Shown in pieces: positions 10,435-20,057 of a DNA stretch of 64,000 nucleotides. The position numbers and the translations under genes are program-made. Every line of letters starts with the position of its first letter. Within the stretch, counting starts at the first letter, position 1. Origin of the DNA: Candidatus Woesearchaeota archaeon. Lineage in GTDB: Archaea; Nanobdellota; Nanobdellia; Pacearchaeales; UBA284. The notes under the pieces were generated by a model. The model saw only the letters and a program-made list of their open reading frames with translations. It made no database searches and was not told where the DNA came from. The stretch lies in NCBI GenBank assembly GCA_964443565.1, contig CAYUCT010000002.1, positions 2,036 through 66,035 on the forward strand. The letters run 5' to 3'.

Positions 10435-13400
10435 ATGATAAACAACAAAAATCAAAAAAATAATCAGGAAAAAAATAAAATTGGAAAAGTTTTATTCAGT
10501 TTTATCTCTTTGTTTACCTTATTATCTTTATTTTTAATTTCTTCAAATATTGTTCTTCAAGATGTTGGAGTGAATATGCTTGCACAAACAAATGAAAAAA
10601 CAGACTTCCCACCAGTTATAACTTATTTTGATGCTACACCAAATCCTGCAAATACTACAACCACAATTATTGCTTCTGTTTCAGATGATATAAGATTAAC
10701 AGAATTAAAATTATATGAAGACGGAAATTTAATTTATACTATGTCTTGTTCTACAAGAGTTTGTTCTTTAACAAAAACAATAACAAAAACTCTTGCAGGA
10801 GAATATGATTATACATTAATTGCAAAAGATAGCGCAGGAAAAATAACAAATTCAAATATTGTGACAGTAATATTTAATGGATTTAATCATAATCCAACAA
10901 TTGATTCTTGGATTCCAACAAATCAAAATCCTTCGGCAAATGAAAACTCATTATTAAGTTTTTCAGTCACTGCTTCAGATATTGATGGAGATTCTTTAAA
11001 TTATATATGGAAGGTAGATAATATTCAAGTTGGAACGAATAGGGGGTATAATTATAATTTAGATTATTTTTCTTCAGGAAACCATTTAATATATGTTATT
11101 GTCTCGGATGGAAAAGGCGGAACAGCTGTTAAAACTTGGAACCTTACAGTTAATAATATCTTAATCCCAACAACATGCACATTAACAATCATTCCAACTT
11201 CCCCAAATGTATATGGGATTGAAACAACAGTATCATGTAATTGTTTAAGCAATATTGGAACAATAACCGAAACAAACACAATATTAAGAAGAAATGGAAT
11301 TATAGTAACTACTACTGAAAATAATCAAGGAGTTATCTTACCTGTGGGAACACATAATTATTGGTGTTATACTCAACAAACAACAAATTTTGCTTTTGCC
11401 GAAGAAAATGAAACATATATTATTAATAGAGCAAATCCAAACATACATTTAGCATTAAATGGAATTGAAAATAATCTAAATTTAATTTATGGAACACAAA
11501 GTAATTCCACTGGTTGGGTAGAAACAACACAAGGAATTAATAATGCAAGATTATATAGAGACGGAATTTTAATTAATTCTGGAAGCCCTGTTTCAGAGAT
11601 AAATATTTTAGGGGCAGGGGTATATAATTATACATACAATTATTCGCAATCACAAAATTATACTGCAGAAACAATTACAAGAATATTAACAATAGAAAGA
11701 GCAACAAGTACTTGCGAGATTTCGTTCAATCCAATTTCTCCTAGTATTTATGGGACTTTTGTAACTCCAACATGTGTTTGCACAAATCCCGAATCTGCAA
11801 CTGTTTTTACCATGGACGGAGAAAGAATTACAAATAACGCCCCTATTTTAATGTCGACCGGATTTCATGAATTTCAATGTTATACCAGAAGAAGTCAAAA
11901 TTATACTGCTGCAATGGATAGAGAAAATTATACTATCATTCAACAAACATCAACTTGTACTTTAGAAATTAATCCTGCTTCACCAATTATATACGGAACA
12001 CAAACAAATGCATCCTGTAGTTGTGATAATCCAGAAACAAATGCAAGATTATTTAGAGATAATTTAGATGTAACAGCTACAGAAAATAATCAAAATATCT
12101 TGCTCGGAGCAGGAATATATAATTATGTATGTAATGCAAGTGAAACACAAAATTATGGTTCTGCAGAAGATACAGAAACATTAATTGTAAATAGAGATAA
12201 TTCAGAAATAAATCTTTTATTAAATAATACCGACGGAAATATTACTGCAAATGAATTTGATTTTGTCCCAATATTTGCAGAGTTAATTAATCCAACAAAT
12301 GGAAATATAGAAATATATAATAATGGAATTAGCATATATGATGGAATTTCTCCTTATTCTAATGTTTTATCATTTACTACGGGAGTTTATAATATTACAG
12401 CAATCTATCCAGAAAATCAAAACTATAGTTCAAGTTATGAAACACATTTCATAACCGTCATTGCACTAAATACTGCGCCAAATGTTGTTTTAATATCCCC
12501 AATCAATAATACTGTTTTTGATAATCCACAACAAATTGAATTTAATTTTATGGTTCTTGACGATTATGATATAAATTTGAATTGTAATTTATACCTAGAT
12601 GAAAATTTAAATCAAACAATCTCTGCAACAAATGGTAATTTAAATTCTATTAATATTGATGGAATCTCTTTAGGAAATCATTCGTGGAGAATGGAATGTC
12701 AAGATAGTGAAGGATTAATTGGAATAAGTGAAGAATGGAATTTTGAAATTGTTTTGCGTGATATTGCAATCGATGATACTTACACAAGTACAATTAATGG
12801 AATCAGAGTAAGTTTTGAAAATGGAACAATTATTTTAGATGATCCGGCAATATTATATTATAATAATAATTATTCTGTGAGAGCAAGAATAAATAATCTT
12901 GGAACTCAACTTGAAAATATAAATACAACATTTTATCTTCAAAATTCTACAAATACAATTTATTTAGGAGAAGATAGTAATTTTGGAGTAAATTTATTTT
13001 ATTATGCTGATTTAATTTTAAATGAATTTGAAATTTCTGAATTTTCTGGGGATTATAATTTAATTATTAATACAACCATCTTAGGATATACAGATTATGA
13101 TTTAACAAATAATGAAAGACAAAGAATGGTTAGATTTGAACTTTTAGATTTAGAAGCACCATATTATTATGATGAAAATGTAAATCCTACAAGTCCTGTA
13201 TTTTATGGAAACGACCCATACACATTTAGTATTAATTGGACAGACAATGTTCAAGTAGAAGAAATTCAGTTTATATTTGAAGGACAAAATTATACTCCAA
13301 TTTGCACACCAAACATACCCTCAATGTCTACAATTTGTGAATACACCTTTAATGAATTAGCTGCCGGAATTTACACTTATTCTTGGTCTGCTTCTGATCC

Positions 13401-15714
13401 AAGCGACAATTTTAATTCTACAGGAGATTTAAGTTATACTATCATTCAACAAACATCAACTTGTACTTTAGAAATTAATCCTGCTTCACCAATTATATAC
13501 GGAACACAAACAAATGCATCCTGTAGTTGTGATAATCCAGAAACAAATGCAAGATTATTTAGAGATAATTTAGATGTAACAGCTACAGAAAATAATCAAA
13601 ATATCTTGCTCGGAGCAGGAATATATAATTATGTATGTAATGCAAGTGAAACACAAAATTATGGTTCTGCAGAAGATACAGAAGCCTATTTAATTTTGCC
13701 GGCAAGTCCATTAAGTGAAATGCATTTAGCAATAAATAATCTTGAAGCAGACCAAACATTTACTTATCCCATAACTACAAATGCTAGTGGTTGGAATGAT
13801 CTAGTTGGACAAATTATTACATTTAATTTATATCAAAATGGAAATCTTATTTCAAATCCAAATATTAATGAACTTTCTGCAGGAGTTTATACTTATATTT
13901 ATAATACTAGTGGAAATCAAAATTATACCGCAGAAACAATTACAAGAATATTAACAATAGAACAAGCTTTGACACAATTAACTTTAATTGCAACTCCAAA
14001 TTGGACAATTTATGATGGAATGCAATCCAATATTTCTTGTTCAGCAGACAATTCAGAAGTAATTATAAATTTATATCGAGATAATATCTTAATTAATTCT
14101 GAAAATAATTATGTTGAAGACACAACTACCCTTCCTATGGGGAATTATAATTATATCTGTAATACCAGTGGAAATCAAAATTATACTTCTGATTCAGAAA
14201 ACAATATTTTGACTATTCTCCCTAAAGAACCAGGAATTATTCAATTATTCTTAAATGGAATTGAAAACGATTTAAGCGTAGAATATCTTAATAATCCAAT
14301 AAATGCAACAGCAATATCCTTATTCAATAATGTCACACTCTATAGAAATGGAATTTTAATTGGAGAAAATTATAATTTTGCCGAAGATATTTCAACATTA
14401 AGTGCGGGAATTTATACTTATTATGCAAACAGTTCCGGAAATGCAACACACTATCCAGCAAATATAACCCGGCAAGTAGTTATAAATAAGAGTTCTCCAA
14501 ATTTGGAAATAATAATCCTTCCAAGCACCAATGTGATTTACGGAACAGAAACAACAGCCATTTGTAATATTGTAAACACAAATGAAATTGATTCTATTTT
14601 AGAATTTTATAGAATGCTCGCCGGATGGACAAATACTACTCAGATCGTTTCAAATCCAGATATAAATATTTTAGCGGGGGGCATCTATACCTATATTTGT
14701 AATGTTTCAGAATCAGAAAACTATACTTCTGGATCTGTTGAACAAGATTTAACAATTAATCGAGCAAACTCTTCAATTATCTTATTATTAGATGGTTTAG
14801 ATTCAAATATTACCAGAATTGAAGGAAATGTAATTAATCATACAGCAATAATAAATTTATTTTCAATTCCAAATATTGTTAATGCAAGAATTAATATTTA
14901 TAATCCTTCAAACAATTTAATTTATTCTTCAGAAGGTGTTTCACCGTATACTATCTTATACAACTATACTGTTCCGGGATTGTATAGGGCAGAAGCACTA
15001 TTTGATGGAACCGAAAATTATACCGGAAGTTCAACAGAGCATTATTTAAATATCACGCCAATAATTCATGATTCAAATGTAATTAACATAACTTATAACA
15101 AAAGTAATAGTACGGTTTATTTAGACGACGTAGTTTCAGTATTTGCATATATAAGAAATGATGGAAATGTTCCAGAAAATATAAATGTCACATTAGAAGA
15201 TAATGGAGAAATTATTGCTTGGCAAATTTTATCCGGGATGTTTGCAAATGAAACTGTTCATGAAACAAGACAAATTGAATTTATTTGGAATGCCAAAAAT
15301 GATTTATGGAGAACAATAACCATAAATGCAGTCCCATTAGAAGGAGAAACAAATTTATTAGATAATCAAAAATCTCTTAATATTAGAGTTTGGAAGGTTT
15401 GCGATGTTATTGAATGTAGTGAATTTTATCCAAGAACAACAAAAACAAATTATACCTTGGGAGAATATTTTAATGCTTCATTATTAATTGTTAATAAATG
15501 GAATGATGAACAATTTTATGACTTAAAACTAGAATTAAATTCAACCGATGGATTATTTATAGATTCTTCAAAAGTAATATACATGAATCTGTCCCCCGCA
15601 CAAACAACCGTTAAAAGATGGCCTGTTAAAGGAATTGATTATGGTATTGAAACAATTTATTCATATGCGGGAAATAAAGAATATTTATCGTCTAAACAGA
15701 TCACAATTAATTAA
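10435..15714 (+). CDS. Giant (1759 aa) cell-surface protein with an N-terminal signal-anchor followed by ~15 Ig-like ~95-aa modules, each with a conserved 4-Cys pattern and a NYT/NYS motif. No C-terminal TM.
   Basis: Repeating pattern C-x-L/I-x-I-x-P-x-S-P-x-IYG...C-x-C...G-x-Y-x-Y-x-C...QNYT. N-terminal hydrophobic segment VLFSFISLFTLLSLFLISS. Two identical internal DNA segments. Confidence 0.6.
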   Translation: MINNKNQKNNQEKNKIGKVLFSFISLFTLLSLFLISSNIVLQDVGVNMLAQTNEKTDFPPVITYFDATPNPANTTTTIIASVSDDIRLTELKLYEDGNLIYTMSCSTRVCSLTKTITKTLAGEYDYTLIAKDSAGKITNSNIVTVIFNGFNHNPTIDSWIPTNQNPSANENSLLSFSVTASDIDGDSLNYIWKVDNIQVGTNRGYNYNLDYFSSGNHLIYVIVSDGKGGTAVKTWNLTVNNILIPTTCTLTIIPTSPNVYGIETTVSCNCLSNIGTITETNTILRRNGIIVTTTENNQGVILPVGTHNYWCYTQQTTNFAFAEENETYIINRANPNIHLALNGIENNLNLIYGTQSNSTGWVETTQGINNARLYRDGILINSGSPVSEINILGAGVYNYTYNYSQSQNYTAETITRILTIERATSTCEISFNPISPSIYGTFVTPTCVCTNPESATVFTMDGERITNNAPILMSTGFHEFQCYTRRSQNYTAAMDRENYTIIQQTSTCTLEINPASPIIYGTQTNASCSCDNPETNARLFRDNLDVTATENNQNILLGAGIYNYVCNASETQNYGSAEDTETLIVNRDNSEINLLLNNTDGNITANEFDFVPIFAELINPTNGNIEIYNNGISIYDGISPYSNVLSFTTGVYNITAIYPENQNYSSSYETHFITVIALNTAPNVVLISPINNTVFDNPQQIEFNFMVLDDYDINLNCNLYLDENLNQTISATNGNLNSINIDGISLGNHSWRMECQDSEGLIGISEEWNFEIVLRDIAIDDTYTSTINGIRVSFENGTIILDDPAILYYNNNYSVRARINNLGTQLENINTTFYLQNSTNTIYLGEDSNFGVNLFYYADLILNEFEISEFSGDYNLIINTTILGYTDYDLTNNERQRMVRFELLDLEAPYYYDENVNPTSPVFYGNDPYTFSINWTDNVQVEEIQFIFEGQNYTPICTPNIPSMSTICEYTFNELAAGIYTYSWSASDPSDNFNSTGDLSYTIIQQTSTCTLEINPASPIIYGTQTNASCSCDNPETNARLFRDNLDVTATENNQNILLGAGIYNYVCNASETQNYGSAEDTEAYLILPASPLSEMHLAINNLEADQTFTYPITTNASGWNDLVGQIITFNLYQNGNLISNPNINELSAGVYTYIYNTSGNQNYTAETITRILTIEQALTQLTLIATPNWTIYDGMQSNISCSADNSEVIINLYRDNILINSENNYVEDTTTLPMGNYNYICNTSGNQNYTSDSENNILTILPKEPGIIQLFLNGIENDLSVEYLNNPINATAISLFNNVTLYRNGILIGENYNFAEDISTLSAGIYTYYANSSGNATHYPANITRQVVINKSSPNLEIIILPSTNVIYGTETTAICNIVNTNEIDSILEFYRMLAGWTNTTQIVSNPDINILAGGIYTYICNVSESENYTSGSVEQDLTINRANSSIILLLDGLDSNITRIEGNVINHTAIINLFSIPNIVNARINIYNPSNNLIYSSEGVSPYTILYNYTVPGLYRAEALFDGTENYTGSSTEHYLNITPIIHDSNVINITYNKSNSTVYLDDVVSVFAYIRNDGNVPENINVTLEDNGEIIAWQILSGMFANETVHETRQIEFIWNAKNDLWRTITINAVPLEGETNLLDNQKSLNIRVWKVCDVIECSEFYPRTTKTNYTLGEYFNASLLIVNKWNDEQFYDLKLELNSTDGLFIDSSKVIYMNLSPAQTTVKRWPVKGIDYGIETIYSYAGNKEYLSSKQITIN
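11928..12177 (+). repeat. Copy 1 of a perfect ~250-bp intragenic direct repeat (encodes IIQQTSTCTLEINP...GSAEDTE).
   Basis: Identical nucleotide string read at 11928-12177 and 13435-13683, 1507 bp apart and in frame. Confidence 0.85.
13435..13683 (+). repeat. Copy 2 of the perfect ~250-bp intragenic direct repeat. A second shorter 45-bp repeat with one mismatch lies at 11653-11697 / 13918-13962.
   Basis: Direct comparison of the two stretches in the given sequence. Confidence 0.85.
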
Positions 15715-15743
15715 ATACTAAAAATAAATAAAATTTAAACAAA

Positions 15744-17507
15744 ATGAAAACACAAAAACAAATTATTTTGGGAATAATTTTATTAGTCTCTGCTTTATTA
15801 TTTGAAACAATTGTTACTGCACAAGCAATTCCTTGTGATAATAATTATTTTGCTTTAACTTACTCTCCAAATGATTTAAACGAAGGAGAATTATTTAATT
15901 TAAGATTTACAGATATTTTTGGGGAAGTTATCGGGCAAAGTGTTTGGTTAGACTATTCGAACTTAGTTTTATTTTCAGGAGATAATCCCCAAACTGTTCA
16001 ACTTACCGAAGATTATGGTCAAGCAATTTGGTCTTTAAATTCTTCTGTTGGCGGGGTGTATACTGTCAATGTAATCATTCCAATGACCAGTACGCAAAAT
16101 TGTACTGTTGAAAAAGAAATTGAAATTTATCCTTACTCTGATGAAGAATTATCCCCTCAACTAATTGTAACTCTTGCAGATTGGAATTTGATTAATGCTT
16201 CTACAAATTATCAAGAATATCCTATTAAATATGAAAATATTGGCACCGGAAGAGCATTAAATATTAGTTCATTTTTTAATTCAATTGCGTCAATAAGTTA
16301 TTCTGGCTCTCCATTTGATTTAAATATTGGAGATGAAGAAACAATTGATTATAATTTTAACAATTCATGGTGTGGAGAATATAATCTTAGTGTAACTACA
16401 AATTATCAAAATGAAATTGGAGAATTTTCTACACCAATAAATAACTATGACACCTTCAATATTTCTGGTTCAGATTTACAAATTATAAATGCAGAAATTA
16501 CTGATAGCAGAATGTATGATGGAGAAGATGTTGTATTTTTAGTTAATGTTACAAACAATAACAGAACATTAAATGGAATTATTTCATCTAATGCAGAAGA
16601 TGTAAGAGTCTATTTCAATGGGATTGCGTGTTCTGTTCCTACAACAATAAATGTGGGAGACGTTACAACTTTATCTTGTTCATATCATTTAAATGAAGAT
16701 ATAAGGACAACAACTACTCGGTCCTTTGAATTAAAAGTCATTTCAGAAAATGAATGTTCCAACTGGAATAATGATGTCTATGATTTAACAATAACCATTT
16801 ATGGAACAACAACCAGTGGCGGCGGTGGCGGTAGTTCTGGAAGTTCTGGTGACAGCAGTTATGTTCCTGTTTGTGGAAATAAGATTTGCGAATCCGGAGA
16901 AACCGAAACAAATTGTGCAACAGATTGCAATTCTTTAATAACCCCCCCAGCACAAACAGTTATTTCTTCTGATATTGGTAATGAAGAAATAATTATTTAT
17001 TCAAAAGATAAACTTGCATTTTTAAAATTAAAAGAAGGAACAAAAGCATTCATGGAAAATCTTCCAATTAAGAATGTTAGAGATTGGGTAATAATAGAAA
17101 ATGGAGAAATTTCAAAAAAATTACCTTATGGATACATAATGATTCGACAATATGAATTTATTCCAAATGGATTAGAATTTATTCCTGATGCAACAGTAGG
17201 TTTTGCATATGACTATAATGAAATAAAGAATGGAGTTTATATAGCATTTTATGATTTAGATAATGAGAAATGGATATTTTTAGATTCAAATGAAAATCAA
17301 CAAGAAAAAATTATAGAAACAAATATTCAACATTTTAGCAATTATGCTTTGGTAACAAAACAAAGTTTTTCATTAACCGGATTTTATTTATTAGATTCAG
17401 TAATCGGAGCAATAAATGAAAATCTTTGGATAAATCTTGTTGCTGCAGCAGTTCTTATTTTAGGATTAATTTTATTTTTATTTTCTTTATTTAAAAAAAG
17501 AAAATAA
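15744..17507 (+). CDS. Secreted/anchored surface protein with signal peptide, Gly/Ser linker (TTSGGGGGSSGSSGDSS), a small Cys knot (CGNKICESGETETNCATDC) and a C-terminal TM anchor.
   Basis: Signal-like N-terminus (ILGIILLVSALLFETIVTAQA). C-terminal LVAAAVLILGLILFLFSLFKKRK. Confidence 0.55.
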   Translation: MKTQKQIILGIILLVSALLFETIVTAQAIPCDNNYFALTYSPNDLNEGELFNLRFTDIFGEVIGQSVWLDYSNLVLFSGDNPQTVQLTEDYGQAIWSLNSSVGGVYTVNVIIPMTSTQNCTVEKEIEIYPYSDEELSPQLIVTLADWNLINASTNYQEYPIKYENIGTGRALNISSFFNSIASISYSGSPFDLNIGDEETIDYNFNNSWCGEYNLSVTTNYQNEIGEFSTPINNYDTFNISGSDLQIINAEITDSRMYDGEDVVFLVNVTNNNRTLNGIISSNAEDVRVYFNGIACSVPTTINVGDVTTLSCSYHLNEDIRTTTTRSFELKVISENECSNWNNDVYDLTITIYGTTTSGGGGGSSGSSGDSSYVPVCGNKICESGETETNCATDCNSLITPPAQTVISSDIGNEEIIIYSKDKLAFLKLKEGTKAFMENLPIKNVRDWVIIENGEISKKLPYGYIMIRQYEFIPNGLEFIPDATVGFAYDYNEIKNGVYIAFYDLDNEKWIFLDSNENQQEKIIETNIQHFSNYALVTKQSFSLTGFYLLDSVIGAINENLWINLVAAAVLILGLILFLFSLFKKRK

Positions 17508-17522
17508 TTTAAAAAACAAGAT

Positions 17523-18545
17523 TTATTTCCAAATTCCCGGAATTTTTTGATTACATTCTGAACATCGTCCATTAATCAAAGAATTTTTTATCAATAAAAA
17601 TCCATCTCGTATAATTAATGGTTTTTTGCAATTTGGACAAAAGGTTGTTGATAATGCCTGATTATGGATATTGCCAACGTAAACATAATTTAATCCCCTC
17701 TTTAATGCAATTTTTCTTGCATTTAACAAAGATGATTCATTTGTAGGGGGAATATCTAACATTTTATAGTTTGGATAAAACCGGTTTAAATGAAGAGGGA
17801 TATCTTCATCTACAGACTTAATAAAATTAGTTAATTCCAAGATATCTTTTTCTTTATCATTATATCCGGGAATAATCAAATAAGCAATTTCTAACCAAAT
17901 TTTATGTTTATGATATAATTCTATTGCTTCTAAAACCGGCTCTAATTTACCAGAGCAAATTTTATTATAAAACTTTTTGCCCCCCTTAAAATCAATATTT
18001 GCCCCGTCAATAAATTTAGACCATCTTTTAGCTGGTTCTTTATTTATAAAACCATTACTAACAATAACATTTTTTATTCCTTCTTTTTTTGCTAATTTCA
18101 TTGTATCAAAAGCATATTCATAGAATACTGTTGGTTCATTATAGGTATAACTTATTATTTTTGATGCGGAAATTTTAGTTTGTTCTATTATTTTTTTTGG
18201 GTATGCAAAATTAAAAAGATTTTTTGTTAAGGGATTTTGAGAAATTTCCCAATTTTGGCAGTTTAAACAATGAAAATTACAACCATTTGTGCCAAAGCTA
18301 AATGTTCTATCGCCAGGTAAAAAATGAAATAGGGGTTTTTTTTCTATTGGATCTAAAGCAAATGAAGAAGCCTTGCCATAAACTGTAGAATATAAATCTC
18401 CTTCAATATTTTTTCTTACTAAACAATCTCCAAATTTTCCTGCGGCAATTAAACAATTTTTTGGGCAAGTTAAACACTGAACTTTTTTATCTTTTAATTT
18501 TTTATAAAAAAATACTTCTCCCTCTTTTTTTATTTTTTTTTCCAT
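17523..18545 (-). CDS. Radical SAM enzyme of the PflA-like / AmmeMemoRadiSam-system type.
   Basis: CNFHCLNC (C-x3-C-x2-C) radical SAM motif. N-terminal C-x2-C-x3-C...G-x-C cluster and C-terminal C-x2-C...C-x2-C, as in TIGR04337-type enzymes. Confidence 0.6.
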   Translation of the reverse strand: MEKKIKKEGEVFFYKKLKDKKVQCLTCPKNCLIAAGKFGDCLVRKNIEGDLYSTVYGKASSFALDPIEKKPLFHFLPGDRTFSFGTNGCNFHCLNCQNWEISQNPLTKNLFNFAYPKKIIEQTKISASKIISYTYNEPTVFYEYAFDTMKLAKKEGIKNVIVSNGFINKEPAKRWSKFIDGANIDFKGGKKFYNKICSGKLEPVLEAIELYHKHKIWLEIAYLIIPGYNDKEKDILELTNFIKSVDEDIPLHLNRFYPNYKMLDIPPTNESSLLNARKIALKRGLNYVYVGNIHNQALSTTFCPNCKKPLIIRDGFLLIKNSLINGRCSECNQKIPGIWK

Positions 18546-18644
18546 TTCTTTAAATTTTTGATATTTTTAAGATTTTGATGAAGTTAATCATTTTAAAATT
18601 TAAATTTAATGATTTATTCTAGTTTGATAATATGTTAAATATTT

Positions 18645-19304
18645 TTACAACAACATTGCTTCTTGAATCTCTTTATTTGAAATTGAACACCCATTATACT
18701 TTGCAGAATACATTAATGCTTTTATTGAATCTTTACGATTTGCGGGCAAGTCAATAAATCCATAATCATATGCCAAAAACATTAATTCACAAGAACGTAT
18801 AATATTTATATTCTTAAAAAAATTATAATTATCTACCACAGATTCTACTTTGGTATGTAATTTTGTTTCCAAAATATTTCTTAAATTCTCCGGAGATTCA
18901 CATAACAAACGAGTTGTTCTTTCATCAATAATTAATGCTTTATCTTCATCATTAATCAGATTATAAATTGCGATGCAGCTTGCTTCGCCACTATGAATTA
19001 TTGTAATCCATTCCCCCCTTGCTTTAAAAGTATGATTTGCAATATCTAAAATTCTTTCTGTTTCTTTTTTTATATTTTCATTATATTTTTCTAAAATGCC
19101 CAGATTTATTAATTTTTTAATTTTTAATGCCTCAAGCATAAATCTTGGAATGCCTATAGAACGTAAAATCGTTTCTTTTTCAACTTCTTGACTAATAAAA
19201 AAATCCCCATTAAATTTTTGTTTCAATTTTTCCATTGCAGGGTTTAGATCATTCAATGCAAAGGTGATTATTGCACTAGAATCAAAAATTAATGTTTTAG
19301 TCAT
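18645..19304 (-). CDS. Hypothetical protein with a probable PIN-like nuclease fold.
   Basis: N-terminal LIFDSSAII with a conserved Asp, and later acidic residues (E..E, IIDERT) spaced as in PIN domains. Weak. Confidence 0.3.
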   Translation of the reverse strand: MTKTLIFDSSAIITFALNDLNPAMEKLKQKFNGDFFISQEVEKETILRSIGIPRFMLEALKIKKLINLGILEKYNENIKKETERILDIANHTFKARGEWITIIHSGEASCIAIYNLINDEDKALIIDERTTRLLCESPENLRNILETKLHTKVESVVDNYNFFKNINIIRSCELMFLAYDYGFIDLPANRKDSIKALMYSAKYNGCSISNKEIQEAMLL

Positions 19305-19396
19305 TTTATTCTTTGCTTTCTGTTTTTTGCTTTTATTATAAATTAAATAATTCAGATTTTTGAATATTTAATCTTGAAATATTTAATTTTTTAAAT

Positions 19397-19975
19397 TTAT
19401 TTGAACAATTTTTTTGCTATATTCAATCTCTCTTTTTCAGAGAAAGTAATACTATAATTTACATCTTCAATTCCTGTTTTTCCGACATATTCATTTAATT
19501 CCCACATAGTAATTCCTAAAAGATTTGCAGTTTCTTCCCTAGATAAACCGTGCTCATATAATCTTGATGCTTTGTTTATTCTGGCCTCTCTAAAAACATC
19601 CTGAACATACTGTTTTAATTTACCGTCTATTTTGTCAATTTGAAGAGTGATATTTCTTAAATTATTATGAAATTTTAAGTATTTCTTTTGTTTAATATTT
19701 TCTATGGCAAATTCTATATATCTTGAAACATTTTTTAAAAATATAACAAAAGATTTTTGCTCATAATAATCTGTTCTCCCGGTTAATTTACTTAGTGAAT
19801 AGATTATTACTGCAAGAGAAACAGAATCAACATCTTTGTAAATTGAAGCACCATGAATTGTTCTATCCGAAAGAATTCTCAAAAGTCCGATATCTTTTAG
19901 TTTTATTGCATTTCTGGTTTGATATAAAATGTCCAGTATATTTTTTATTTCTTCTTTTTGATCAAGTATCACCAT
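19397..19975 (-). CDS. Hypothetical protein with a C-terminal helix-turn-helix-like segment.
   Basis: LSREETANLLGITMWELNEYVGKTGI resembles an HTH. Otherwise unrecognised. Confidence 0.3.
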   Translation of the reverse strand: MVILDQKEEIKNILDILYQTRNAIKLKDIGLLRILSDRTIHGASIYKDVDSVSLAVIIYSLSKLTGRTDYYEQKSFVIFLKNVSRYIEFAIENIKQKKYLKFHNNLRNITLQIDKIDGKLKQYVQDVFREARINKASRLYEHGLSREETANLLGITMWELNEYVGKTGIEDVNYSITFSEKERLNIAKKLFK

Positions 19976-20057
19976 ATTTTTTATAGTTTTTAGTTTTATT
20001 TAAAAGTTTCTAAACCCACAAGAAAAAGTTTTAAAGGAGCAATAACTTCTTAAAAAG

